A stretch of DNA of 63,953 nucleotides, counting the filler, from Nemertoderma westbladi (lineage: Eukaryota; Animalia; Xenacoelomorpha): the NCBI GenBank assembly GCA_032718475.1. It is 4 parts of 4 records of this genome, joined end to end, with 100 filler letters (N's around TTAATTAATTAA, not from the genome) between each part and the next. Parts side by side here need not be neighbours in the genome. Positions count along the whole stretch, not along the records: positions 1 to 23,290 come from JAUCBJ010001845.1; 3 more parts are not named here. One strand, written 5' to 3'. This document shows positions 1-12,300 of the stretch, in pieces. The notes under the pieces are model-generated. The model saw nothing but the letters and a program-made list of their open reading frames with translations. It made no database searches and was not told where the DNA came from. The first letter of the stretch is position 1, and each line of letters opens with the position of its first letter. The position numbers and the translations under genes are program-made.

Positions 1-162
1 GCCCGATTTGGGCAGGGCGAGTTAGGGAATGAGAGGACGAGAGAGGTCGCCACAGAACTGTTTGAATTGTGGTGATCGGGGATAGTGCCATACAGTAGAG
101 TATACATAGGACCTTATCTGGTTAATACGCGAGGGTTTAAGTTAGTGGGATGGGCAGGTTTG

Positions 163-1470
163 AATGACACCGAGCCAAAGGTAAACCCGGAGGATTCAGT
201 GTCATCCGTCAGTAAAACCACGTGAGCCACAAGTAAGCACGATAAAATTAGTAAAACCATCAGGTGATGGGAGTCCGTCGCAACCTATAAGTCCGCTACA
301 TCCTTCGCGAAAGCAATAAGGGTGTTAGAAATAGATCTGGCGTGTCAGTTAGACATGGTTGCGTTGGACCAAAAGGAGTTAGAGAGGCAGTTGGATGAGG
401 GGAGTGTGTTGTTATAAAGGGAAAGAGAGTTAGCGAGAGACTGTAAAGAGAGGGCTGAGAAGGTGGCGAGAGAGTATAGAGAGAGAGAGAGAGCTACGAG
501 GGAAGCAGATGAGTATAGAGTGAGAGCTGTGAGGGAAGCCGAAAGGGTTGAGGGAGAGGCGAAGGGGTGCCAGCCTATGATATTGTAAAGCAATACCAGG
601 GAATTGAAGGAGGTTTTACAGCAGCGTGGAGAGCCCTGGATAGGGAATATGGCCATCCGACGAAGATTATCCAACAAACCTTAAGGGAGATAACATCAGG
701 CGGACTCGTGGATAACCCTGTCAGTATCAAAGCCTTCGCCACCAAAATAGAGAAGGCATTGATAGTTTTAAAGACGCTAGAGACACTGTACAAACTTAAT
801 GCTTCAAACAACATCATAACAATAGCACAGGCCCTACTAATATGGTTAAGGAATAAATGGAGAAAGATTGCTTTCTCCACTCGAGAAAAGAAGGGTGCGG
901 AGCAAGGGTTTGAAGAAATGTCGAACTTCCTTAACTATGAGGCGGAATTGATAACAGATCCAGTATACACCGAGGACAGTCTTGGCAAGGTACCTAAACT
1001 GGATTACAATCAACCTAAACTGGAACATAGTGCAGCATACACTCTTCCAAAAGTATGAAAATCACTACCGTATGCGGCTACGCAGGGGACTACAAGTCCA
1101 CAGGGCACTGGAAACAAAACCACATCGTGGCAGGGACAGGGACAGAGACAACGACAATAATAATAAATTAAATACCCCCAGTAGGCCAAGTACAAATAAC
1201 CAAAATGCTAAATCACCCGAAACGAATTTGGATGCAATAAGTGATACGCCATACAAGGAGCGCATAATCCCAGTTACAAATGTCATCTGCATAGAAATGG
1301 GATGCATAAGACTATTGATTGCAACCAGTAGCAGGCATTGCTGAAAGATGATCGACAAGCTTATACCAGGAGGTTTGGACTATGCCACAGATGTGCGGTA
1401 TGAGGACATAGGTAGGATAGATGTCGAGAACATCCACCAAAGTACGCTGAGACCGATGAGACCAGAGGCC
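163..1470 (+). pseudogene. BEL gag remnant (coiled-coil, gag core, degenerate zinc knuckles)
   Basis: ORF 567-1058 (AYDIVKQYQGIEGGFTAAWRALDREYG...WRKIA) closely resembles the gag of the copy at 57.2-57.6 kb. Broken by stops and frameshifts; start approximate. Confidence 0.8.
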
Positions 1471-1835
1471 AGACTATGGCAACAAGCACTGGAACAGGAA
1501 CAGTGGTGCTCGGGGTAGTACCAGTAAGAATGATAGGAGAGAAGGGGCGGTCGATAACAACGTTAATGTTGATCATTTTATTTCATATATATTTTATGTT
1601 AATGTTGAGCATTTAAACTAGCTAACTGAAAATTGGGTGGCTGAGGAACTGGGATTAAAGACCAAGCCGAGTAAAATGGTGGTGACTACATATCTACCAA
1701 AACGAGGTCATGCCAATGAGAACAGGATGGTGTCAAATAGTAGCCATAACACCAGGATGCGACTATGGGGCTGCCATAGAACCCATTCAGATCATTCATG
1801 CCAGGCGACCAATGAAGATCAAACCGAACAATACT

Positions 1836-3583
1836 ACTACTAGGATCGGCATGCTGCATTGCAGCTGCATTTTTAAGAATGCTGTGCCGGCTTGTCAACA
1901 AAATTGCACCGCCACAACTCCCTATTACCCATGACATTTGCTAGATCATCCGCATCTTTAAGGCCAGTGTCCTTTAAGATGCGTCTCAAGAAAGTCATGG
2001 GCTGTCCACCATGCTTATTCACTCCATGAGGCTGCCAAAGTACAAGATTATGCACTGGCTGGTCCTCACGGCGAAAGCAATGTCCTGCAAAGCGGAGGCG
2101 ATTTTGTTCTAGTGTCAAGCTTGGGGGAACCAATGAGACACCTCCAATGTTATATAGTGTCTGGTTGGAGATGTGTGCATTGTACTTGACACAATGAACC
2201 CGGCGTAGCATTCTTGTGAATGTGCCATCCAGAGATTTGGTGTCCTCAGCAGTTAGAGCCCAGCATGGACTCCCGTAGAGGAGTACTGGAACTACTGCTG
2301 CTCTAAATAATCGGACCTTAAGTTTCCGAGTAATTCTCAGTGACTTCCAAATCCTGGAAAGCCTATTCAAGGCTGCCCATGCCTTTCCCTTACGTATTCG
2401 AAGGTCCTCACCTGACTTCCGGATCCATGATCCCAGGTAACAGAAGTCGTCCACATGCTCAAGCATACCATCCTTTGAGCTTATGCTCATCCGATCAGAG
2501 ACTTGCTGAGGACTTTCAAAGTTAACTGTCAGAATTTTGGTCTTTCTGGAGTTAATAAAAAGACCAACACTAGAAGCAGCATGTTCTAATGAGCTGAGGA
2601 GCCGTTGGGCTCCCTCTAATGATTCTGAGAGTACTCCTAAGTCATCAGCAAAGTCTAGATCAGTTAGGTACTTGGCAGGATTTCCTCGACTTCTGGAGCC
2701 AGTAGGTGGAGTTATCATCACCCCATCATCATTATAATGATCTAAGGACATGCGTAGAACATAGTCAACCACAATAATGAACAAGAATGGTGCAAGTGTG
2801 TCTCCTTGGAGGACGCCCCATAACACTTCAAATGGTTCTGTGTCACCGTCAACAGTAGACACAAATGTTGTCGAACCATCGTATACTGATCTGATTGCTG
2901 CAATAATTTCATCAGGAATCCCATATAATGAAAGTATGCTGAACATACGTGAGCGAGAGACTGAATCAAAGGCCTTGAAGAAGTCAACAAAGATAACAGC
3001 CAGATGCCTGTCTTTCTTTTTTGATAACTCTTCAATTATCCTTCTAAGTGCCAAAATGGGCTCCATGGTCCCACGACCTTTACGGAACCCATTCTGATTT
3101 CCACGGAGCAGTCTCTCAATGGGATCCCTGATGCGATTTAATAAAATCCTATTGTATAGCTTTGCAGCAATCGAGATCAATGAAATTCCCCGAAAAGAAC
3201 CATAGAGTGTTAGGTTGCCCTTCTTGGGAACTGGCACCAACTTATTTGTTTTCATCTCTTGTGGGACTCTTGTTGTTCGGTACATGTCTACTATGATGGG
3301 ATAGATGAGCTTTAAACACTCAGGTATTTTAAAGACCTCAGGGGGAACACCATCTACTCCACTGGCACGATTGGTCTTAATGCTCTTTGCAGCAGCCTTC
3401 ACTTCTGCAAAGGAGATATCGCCAATGGGAATATCTGGGAGTACAGACTCAGACACTTTTACTTCTATAAAGTTATCAGGCAATACCCTGTCATTATTGA
3501 GGAGCTTTTCAAAGTGGGCTTTCCAACCATTGAGGCGATCGGCTGGTGATTCAGCCTTAACCTTGGTGGTTGGGTTGGTATTG
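1836..3583 (-). mobile_element. 5'-truncated RTE-type non-LTR retrotransposon
   Basis: 14-bp TSD AACCGAACAATACT at 1822-1835 and 3584-3597. Short (TAG)n 3' tail on the minus strand, very short 3' UTR, open RT frame. Confidence 0.92.
1873..3583 (-). CDS. LINE reverse transcriptase (ORF2 C-terminal part, endonuclease lost)
   Basis: Uninterrupted frame with RGISL, QNGFR, FVDFFKAFDSV, GVLQGDTLAPFLF, DLDFADD, FCYLGS. The N-terminal residues of the ORF-track call (3584-3627) are read-through into host BEL sequence. Confidence 0.9.
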
Positions 3584-3993
3584 AACCGAACAATACTGGT
3601 ACCTGGACTGCATCGTCTTTTCAACACGTGAACTCGATGTCCCGAAGGTTTCTCTTATTGTCAGCATGGACTGTCCGACAGCCAATGAGAGACTACAAAC
3701 TATCTTTGGTGACGATAGAGAGCGAGATCCGGTAGCTATTCTAATGCCATTCGGATGGATGCTCAGTAGCCCAATAAAGACAAAGATCCCATTTAGCATA
3801 TCCGAATCCTTAGGGTGCATCTTTGCTGGGACGATGAGAAATGTAGAAGATGAAGGAGCGGAGGAACAGCTCAAGAGGCTGCTATGGCAGGATTTTGAGG
3901 GATTAAAATATATATTGGTGTGGGAACCTCAGTGGAGGATAAGCAGGCGCAGGAGAGTGTCAGGAGGTCAATGAAGTGTGAGGGGGGGGGGGA

Positions 3994-5093
3994 GTGCAGT
4001 ACACCATAGGCATGGTGTGGAAAGAGCCGAAGTTTCCCCTTCCGAACAATAGGAGGATGGTCGAGATAAGACTCCAGAAATTAAAACAAATGCTTAAACA
4101 GAGTCTGGAGAAAAAAGACTATATACAAAAAATAATAAAGAAGTATGTAGATCAGGGGTGGACCGTGGAACTACCAGTAGACGAACCCGACACCAACAGA
4201 ACTTATTATCAGCCACTTCATGTGGTCCTAGATCCCAAGAATGGCAAGCTAAGGATGGTAGTCGACACTTCCACTAAGACAAACGGGAAGTGTCTCAATG
4301 ACTATCTGTTAGAAGGCCCCAATATATACAACTCAGGAATTGAGGTCTTGTTGCGATTCAGGAGAGGGAAACATGCCTTCACATGTGATATAGAAGGGAT
4401 GTTTGACCAGGTTCGAGTGACGGAGGAGGATAGCGACATCCAGCGCTTCCTATGGTATGATGGTGATAACAAACTGTCAATTATACCAATATACAAGATG
4501 GTCCCCAAGAAGAGAGTACCAGTTAAATAACTGGGATCAAATCTTGGGATAGGAGTAGCACCCACCCCTACCCTCGGGTAGCAGCTATCAAAGGAGGAGC
4601 CTTTGGGTTGCCTCTGGCTTTGGCTGACTGTTTGCTTTTTTTTGCTTACAAGATGGTCATCCAGAACATAGGGGTGAAATCGTCTTAGTTTACTACAACC
4701 ATGGCGGTGAGACACGGTTAAGGCTAAGGAAACAGAGTATAGTAAGGAGGCGATTGATATGATTCGATACGGATTCTACGTGGATAACGGGATGGGTTCA
4801 GGGAACACCATTAAGGAGATCATCGAGACAGTCACGAAGTTCGCGACATCCTGAAGAAATCAGGATTCAACTTGACAAAGTTCCAGTCGAACTCCAATGA
4901 ATTCATGGAAGTCATAGAGGAGACGCAGCCGGAACTGAAATTGGATAAACCAATGACCACAAAAGAGCAAATTATGGTGGATAAAAGAGTAGAATCACAG
5001 CAGAAATCTCTTGGGATCATGTGGAATCGAGAGACGGATGAGTTGGAATATCAGCTAAGTCAGGAGGGTGCAGAGATCCAGACAAAGAGGTAG
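3994..5093 (+). pseudogene. BEL reverse transcriptase remnant
   Basis: LPNNR, KLRMVVD, CLNDYLLEGPN, LLRFR, DIEGMFDQV, QRFLW, and catalytic FYVDN at 4774-4788. Interrupted at 4504-4646. Confidence 0.9.
4504..4646 (+). mobile_element. Short retroposed insertion (SINE or LINE 3' end) inside BEL RT
   Basis: 12-bp TSD TACAAGATGGTC at 4492-4503 and 4647-4658. Internal hairpin CCAGTTA-AA-TAACTGG and a T-rich tail. Removing it rejoins the RT motif YKMV-IQNIG. Confidence 0.8.
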
Positions 5094-5116
5094 GACTAGC
5101 ATCTCCTTTACTAGTT

Positions 5117-5760
5117 ATGGGGAAACAAATACTTAAGAAGGTTTACAAACTCAAGGATGATTGGGATGTGGAGGTCCCAATAGAGATAAGTAAACAATGG
5201 GATAAATGGATGGGGGGCTTGGAAGATATGGGAACCTATAGTATGCCATGGGTATACTTCCCAGATGGAGATATGAGTAAGTTAGAATTACACATGTTCT
5301 CTGATGCATCCCTGGAAGCATACGGTGCAGTGCTTTATTTGGTGCAGTGAAAGGGGACTCACAAGCCCAGACTAGCGTTTAGTAAAGCGAGGTCGACACA
5401 ACCACATTCAGCATCAGTACTAAAGCTAGAACTAACAGCTGCGAGATTGGGAGAGCAAGCAACAGCATATTTGGTGGATACGATACCAAGTATAGTGGAG
5501 ACACACTATTGGACAGATTCCATGGTGGTACTAGGATGTCTACACAACGAGAAAATGTGCTATCCCATATTTGTAGCGAACCGAGTAGATGAGTTAAGAG
5601 CAACAACAGACCTGGATAAGTGGCACTACTGCCCAACTGACGACAACCCGGCGGACTTGCTATCGAGAGGGGTACAACGCCACGCTTTCTCGGGAAAGCA
5701 AGAGTTGTGGCAGCATGGTCCACAGTTCCTCAACGACAGGACAAAGTGGCCACCAATGAG
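5117..5760 (+). pseudogene. BEL RNase H region remnant
   Basis: LELHMFSDASLEAYGAVLYL, LKLELTAA, YWTDSMVVL, FVANRV, WHYCPTDDNPADLLSRG, LWQHGPQFL. Confidence 0.88.
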
Positions 5761-6119
5761 GAAGGTAGATCCAAAGGGAGAGGAAGTATTTATAGAGGTT
5801 GAAGGAAACAAATCAGAGGGGGTGGAGATATTTAGCCAGTTGGAGAGGGAAATCAATAAGACACTATCGCAACCTAAGACGATAGATTCGAACGATAACC
5901 CAACGGATAGGTTGCTCAGTTACAGCTCTAGCTGGTATAAGACGAAGAAGCTAGTTGCACATCTGAGAGCATATGGAGAATTCCTTAGGGGAGCCAGTAT
6001 GGGCGAGAAACGCAAACCTACCATGTACACCTACCATCTGGATGGAGTGGCCAAAGCCTTAATACGATATGAGCAAGGGATGGCATTCGGAGATGAAATC
6101 AAACTTATTAAGAACCAGC

Positions 6120-7191
6120 AATGACTCCGACAAGACAGCAGATTCCACATGCTGTCACCACAGCTGGAAAAGGATGGCATCCTAGTAATGAACTCCAGGG
6201 TAGCCAATAACACCAGTGTCTTAGTTACATAAAAGCCAGTAATAGTTCCCAACAAATCACCAATAGTCCACCAGATTATATGGGACACCCACAAGACAAT
6301 AATTCATGGCGGCACTAATGCAACCCTAAATGAGATCAGGAGGAAGTACTGGGTAATCCAACTTAGAAAGATGGTGAAGACAGTTGTGGCACAGTGCCAG
6401 ACCTGTCAGTGGATGAAGAAGGAGAAAGCCGAACAGGAGATGGCACTGTTGCCAACAACTAGGGTGAGACATCATGATCCACAATTTACACATAGCGGTG
6501 TGGACATGTTTGGTCCAATAAAGAGAAAGGTGATGCGACATACCGAGAAGTGCTACGGTATAATCTTCATATGTAACAACACGAGGGCTGTGGCGATAGA
6601 ACTGGCGCAGGACACAACGTCGTCGGCATTTATTAATGCATTAGAGCGATTCGTGACCCGATGAGGAAAAACGGTCGAAGTTCTTTATTCCGATAATGGC
6701 ACAAACTTCATTGGAGCGGATAATGAGTTGGTAGAGGCCTTCAATATTCTAGAGGGAGAGGATGTTAAAGGGGCGATGAGGAACCGCCTGATAAAATGGG
6801 AAAGGAGGACGCCATATGCACCGCATACGCTGGGTTGCATATAACGTCTGGTTAGAAGCTTAAAACGGCTGATGACGAAACTTCTCAATAATCATATGGT
6901 GACAGAGGATGTATTGAGAATGGTGCTGGCGAAGTGTGAGGGTAATTAACAGCCACCCACTGTATCCCGAGAATGATGATCCAGAGTTATTGGACATTCT
7001 GACACCAGCACATCTGCTTAGGGAGAGGCCAGCAGAGATATATATGCGATATATTGATGAAGATGATATAAACTCGCGATAGAGTTGGATGGTAGCTAGG
7101 GCGATTGGTGCAGAATATTGGAAAAGGTGGATTCAAGAGTACCTACCAATGCTGCACACGAGGAACAAGTGGAGGAATAACCAATGGTAAC
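6120..7191 (+). pseudogene. BEL integrase remnant (continues at 15215-15420)
   Basis: H..H / CxxC zinc motif, GVDMFGP, SDNGTNFIG, W..W..EYL. Cut by the nested LTR element. Confidence 0.88.
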
Positions 7192-7809
7192 TGTGAGCGG
7201 ATTCAATTCCGTCCACCACCCCATACAGTTGGGAAGTGGCGTTTTAAGCAATATTGGGGAGTACGAGGTTGATTACAATCAACCTCGTATCACCCCCAAT
7301 AAACGGGGACAACAAACCCCCAAAGAGCCACACACAATAGAGGTTATAGGTCAAACCTCTTGGAGAGGGAAAGTGCAGCAGCGGGGGGGGGGGGGGGGGG
7401 GGAACACTCCCACAGAGGTGGGAGCCGAGAATTAGGTTTTTGGCCAATGGGGGGCAAGGAAAGTGCATCCGCTAGATACAGAGGCCACAAGTAGAGTTGG
7501 TAATCAATATATTACCGGTCAGTGTTTATGTCCTATTCAGTTATCTCAGTCACTTAGGGCAGTACGGTGACACTTTAATACCGTCACTGCAGTCACCGAT
7601 TACATATCAATATATTACCGGTCAGTTAGATAATAACCAACGCACTACTATCATAATCTGTGCTATCATACCTTGTATCGTATACTATATCATATATATT
7701 TGGAGTTTATCAATAATATCGGAAGAACGACAAACTCTTTTTCCCATTCGCACGGTGATGCTGATGCGTAAATAAATCAAACCGGTCGGAATCCTTTGAT
7801 CCCGTCACA
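7192..7809 (+). repeat. 5' LTR of nested element
   Basis: Direct repeat of 14612-15209 with TGTGA/TCACA termini. Scattered substitutions and small indels between the two LTRs. Confidence 0.95.
7508..7542 (+). promoter_or_regulatory. LTR core promoter (TATA-like + initiator), predicted +1 at 7539
   Basis: TATATTA at 7508 and TCAGTT at 7537-7542 (spacing -31). The same layout appears in the diverged outer LTR. Confidence 0.6.
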
Positions 7810-7834
7810 GTATTAAAGTCACCCAGTACGCCTA
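7810..7834 (+). promoter_or_regulatory. Non-canonical primer-binding site complementary to the element's own LTR
   Basis: GTATTAAAGT (7810-7819) is the exact reverse complement of ACTTTAATAC (7572-7581). Pairing extends with bulges to 7555/7834. No TGG. Confidence 0.65.
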
Positions 7835-7885
7835 GACAACTACCAGAACTGTAACTGCCAGCCACCAGAAAGAAAGCGATAAAGG

Positions 7886-10825
7886 ATGAGTGAAGCCCGA
7901 AACCTAGAGGGAGAGACGACACCGCCGCGGACCCCAGACGATACGAACGAAACGATCCGTGAGGCCGCGACGCAACGGTATCGACCCGCAACGCTGGACT
8001 CGCCAGAAAGAGACGATCCGGCAACAACCCAAGCGGAGGGCGGCCGTCTACCAGAATGAGAGGACGAGTCGACGCACGACGGCGGACGACGTACCGATGT
8101 CGCCGGCCAGCCACAGGCCGAAGGCAATGGACGGCCCACTGCAACGGCGACGGTGGGGCCGCCAGTACGACGCCGAACCAGGAGGGGAGGAGGAGAGGTC
8201 GGCGACGAGGACGTCGGAACCAGTGACCGGCTCCGACGCGCGAGAGAATAAAGAGAGGGCTGAGAGGGTCGCGAGAAACTTTAGAGAGTGTGAGGAGATA
8301 GAAATAAGGGAAGGAAAGGAGCGAGAGGCGAGCGAGGCGAAAGAGGCGAGCGAACGTAAAGAGCGAGGGGCGAGAGAGGAGAGTGAGCGTAAAGAGTGTG
8401 AGGCGGAGCGAGGCCGCGCGGCCGCGAGGCGGCTTGAGAGGATTGCGAGGGAGGCGGAGTTGGCCGAGCAGAGTTTGCAAGAGGATAGAGAGAGGGAGAG
8501 AACGGGAAAGCGTGTGTGGGATGATATGCATGCCCGGTTGAGGGGGCTTATGCAGTATCAGGTCAAACAGAAGCGCCGATTGGAACTGGCGCGGTTGGGG
8601 CTGTCAGAGAGTGAGGCTGGCTCGGGTAGTGTTTACGAGGAGCCAGAAGTTATGGAAATGTTTGTTAATACCCCACTTACAGGGACCGGACGACAGACCC
8701 AAGACTGGTGTAACCATACGGGTGGGGGGGGGGGGGGGGGTAATAATAATACGTTAGAAAACGTTAATATTAATAGTACCGTAGTGGATAACCCTAATCA
8801 AACTTTCATTGCAGGAAATAATATTTTGCCCGATAATAGTAATTTAAATCTGAACGATCCTAATTTAAATGTAGAAAATAATTCAAATAATCTAGATTCG
8901 AATTTACAAAATAATTCAAATAATTTAAATACGCAAGATAATCTAAACAATAATTATAATTCAAACGAACAAAATAATCCCGATTCTAATTCAAATATAC
9001 AAAGTAATCTAAATAATTTAAATTCAGCACAAAATAATTCTAATAATTTAAATAATTCAGAAAATAATATTAATAATGGTGCTATTAATGTAAACGCGGC
9101 AAATGTAGGTGGCCCAGCAAACGAGAGCCTGGTAGGCCACGTAAACGGAGAAGCGGGGGTGAGAAACCCCGACGGGGGCCTGATAGGCCATGTAGTTAGT
9201 GCGCAGGGAGTGGCGGGGTTGAGTTAACCCGACGGGAGCCTGCCAGGCAACACAGTGATAGAGGGAGAGGCGGGGGTGGATAGACCCAGCCACAGTAGAG
9301 CTAGTGCGTCGACTCGAGGGGGGTGTAGAGGCGAAGTGAGAGATAGTGAAGTGATAGATGGCGAGTGGGGGGGGGGGGGGGCTATAGGAGCCCCATAACG
9401 AGAGATTAGCGGCGAGAGGGGGGGGGGGGGGGGCAGAGAGAGTCCCACAGGCGTCGGCGGATAATGCGCGGGGCAAATTAGGTGAACCGCAGCACCCGGC
9501 GATGGAGAATAGTAGGGGGATTACGAATATCCCCAGGGGCATGCGACTGGGTAGAGAGAGAGAGGTTGGCGTCGCGAGAGGGCGAGCGACGAAACGTCGA
9601 GCCCAGTCAGAAGAGGGAAGAAGAACAGTGGAGTTTAACCGGGAGGTCGATGAGAGATCTCACGAGCGGGGATGCTGCACTGCAGAGAGAAGAAGGGAAG
9701 AGAGTAGAAGAAGTGTCGTCACGAACGACAGGAGAGCGAGGACGGATAGTTAGCCGTCGGTAGTAGAGACGGAGTCGAAGAGTCGGTGGGGTCGAACTCC
9801 GGGAGATTGCCGTCGTCCTGGAGAAGCGCGACCTGACGAGGTGTACTATACACCGAGAGAGGGGTACAGGGCGTACCGGTATGAGGATGAAAACAGGAGA
9901 GGGGATCGAAGAGAAACTTCCCGACGGGATATATAGATGACAATCGAGGATACGGTAGCCGCGGGGAGAACTTCTTGGATTATTCGAGAAGGTTAAACTT
10001 CGATCCCGAGGGACACATACAGACTGCAGGACATACTGTAGGCCTTACTGCACATACTATAGGCCATGCTGGGAGAGATAATGTAGGCGATAGGGCAGCG
10101 CGGGCGACGGGATTAAACCCGGAAGTCGCGGAGTACATACCGGTAGGTAGGCTTATAGCAGTACCAGCACAACAGTATGACTATAGCATGCAAGGACATA
10201 ACATATATCCAGGGGAGGGGAGAGTTATTGCGGATAGGTGTATGGGCCCCAATATATTAACATCAACCCCAGTACCAAACATACCGGTGGGGGGGGGGGG
10301 GGGGGGCAAGGTGACATTCCCCCATCACAATATCAACAATATACTCAAACAGGAATAAGAACATCGAACCCCCTGGATGAGAACAGATCATGCGACACCG
10401 AAATATGGAGGGGGCCATTACCCCCAATGATATATCCGACGCAGAGGAGGGCAACAGATAGGCCGGGCGGACCGCACCCAACAGGAGAATCTGTACAGCA
10501 TCCATCGAACCCATTAGAGGCACAGGCGATGGGAATGGCTACATTAATCGATGCATTAAAGACCAGGATCGAGTTACCACCCGTAGAACCATTTAAATTC
10601 GATGGAAGTAGGCCGGAAGAATACCTGCAATTTCGGAGTATGTACAGCAATGAAATATTGACGAAGAACCTGACGCAGGCGGAGTGCCTAAAATATCTAC
10701 AGGTGTATACAGGAGGCCTAGCATACGACATCGTGAGGCAGTACCAGGGCATCAAGGTGGCCGAAGAGATAGGATTGATGACGATGCCAAGTAGAATGGC
10801 GGTAACAACCATCTCCAGTAAGTTA
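7886..10825 (+). pseudogene. Gag-like region of nested element (E/R coiled-coil, Asn-rich tract, gag core start, protease fragment)
   Basis: ORFs 7959-9227 and 10238-10936 (IELPPVEPFKFDGSRPEEYLQF...CLKYLQVYTGG). Homologous to 55.3-57.2 kb, with frameshifts at G homopolymers. Confidence 0.8.
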
Positions 10826-11337
10826 CCCTATAGGGAGTTAGTTAGTAAGATGGTACGTAGTACCGTTAGTAGAAGAGTTAGTAAGAGAGTACGTGTAGTA
10901 CCATTAGTAGAAGAGTTAGTAAGAGGGTACATGTAGTACCGTTAGTAGAGGAGTTAGTAAGAGGGTACGTGTAGTAAGAGTTAGTGGTAGAAGGGTATGT
11001 AGTATATAGTAAGAGTTAGTAGAAATTAGTTAGAAAGTTAGTAGAGTTAGTAGTGCTGTAGTTAGTAGTAATTAAATATTAAAATTAGAAATTAGACAAA
11101 TTATGGTAACAGTAGGTAAGATATTCCAGAATACAATTAAAGTAACTGACAAAAATTACAGAATTTAGTAAATTTAGCACTTTTAGGAAATAAAGGTAGG
11201 AAAATTAGGCAATAACCCAACATTCAGAGAGAGATAGGCCATTATCGAACCGTACAGACCATCCTAACTACATCACTCACTTATATTGTGCCTTGGCAAG
11301 GCCCCACCTTATAGGTGAGCGATCGGGAGAGTTCGAA

Positions 11338-12300
11338 ATGGCGGAGAAACTTGTCAGAAAGAGAAAGGCGGAGTTGGGAGGAAAGGAGATACTGGTGGAT
11401 TTCACCGAAAAGCATCTGGAAGAGAAGACGAGGGGATACTACGAGCGGTTAGAGAGGGGTCACAAAGCGCGAGCGCTGCAGGACCATTTCAGGGAGGTGC
11501 ACGAACAGCGGCTGGTCGGAACCTATGGGACACCGTCGCTAGACAACGCGATCTTCGAGCACTTCCACTACGTGGTAAAGGGAGACGAGGCGAAGTTCGG
11601 GATACCGAAGTATCCAAAGGAACCACCGAGAAAGGACTGGAAGAGGTTCGTAGAGTCCGTCAGCAGGGGAGGATACCTGGTCCTAGACAATGAGGGGACC
11701 GTGGAAGACGAGGAAGGTTCGAGAAGAGGGTCGGCGGGGTTGGCCAGAGCCATATTCCTACATTTGGCCCAGCCAAATGGGGATATATTCCTGTTTGATC
11801 TGGGAACGTATGGGAAGAAGAACGGGCCGAAGTTAAACCGGTTGCCAAAGGCGGTGCAGAGCCTAGTAAGAGAGAAGTCGACGATAAAGGTGGGATCGGC
11901 GATCTGCGACAACGCAGAGAGGATCAACGGTCCAGAGACCCCCAACCTCCTGGACATGCAAATGGTCTACATGGCTATGACAGCGCCAGGCGGGTTGGGA
12001 CTAGTAGAGAATGCGGGCCATTGTGGAGTGGTGGCGATGGGCCTGTTAATGGGGCTCATATGCCACAAGCCAATGGACTGGAGTAAATTCAGAGAGGAGT
12101 ACGGAGCGGAGTTGGCGAACTCGCTGAAGTGGGGAGCGAGACCGGGGAAGCAAGAGGTGTATCAATTGCGGAGAGGAGCGATAAAGGTATATCAGAGGCG
12201 ATATATCCTGCAGGAGGACTGGATAATGATAGGTTTGCTAAACCTATTCATGACCGTGGTTATCGAGAGAGAACCAACGGCATTTCTGCTATCGGGATGA
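11338..12300 (+). CDS. Extra ORF part 1: DEDDy (RNase D/WRN/EXD-like) 3'-5' exonuclease-like domain
   Basis: First ATG at 11338. LVLDNEG (ExoI DxE), IFLHLAQPNGDIFLFDL, LPKAVQSLVREKSTIKVGSAICDN, NLLDMQ and YQRRYILQED follow the WRN-exo/RNase D motif order as recognised by eye. Confidence 0.65.
   Translation: MAEKLVRKRKAELGGKEILVDFTEKHLEEKTRGYYERLERGHKARALQDHFREVHEQRLVGTYGTPSLDNAIFEHFHYVVKGDEAKFGIPKYPKEPPRKDWKRFVESVSRGGYLVLDNEGTVEDEEGSRRGSAGLARAIFLHLAQPNGDIFLFDLGTYGKKNGPKLNRLPKAVQSLVREKSTIKVGSAICDNAERINGPETPNLLDMQMVYMAMTAPGGLGLVENAGHCGVVAMGLLMGLICHKPMDWSKFREEYGAELANSLKWGARPGKQEVYQLRRGAIKVYQRRYILQEDWIMIGLLNLFMTVVIEREPTAFLLSG

Larger units (their letters stand above)
1500..3900 (+). pseudogene. 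BEL aspartic protease region, split by the LINE at 1836-3583
   Basis: Aligns by eye with the intact LVDSGAAFTLV protease at 58.1-58.7 kb. The catalytic DSG is replaced by an AT-rich patch between duplicated GTTAATGTTGA (1562-1572, 1598-1608). Boundaries approximate. Confidence 0.75.

Noticed and set aside
7710-8531. 273-aa antisense ORF and similar antisense ORFs over BEL, CLCA and piggyBac
   Set aside because: These are shadow frames of sense coding regions with no recognisable domains.
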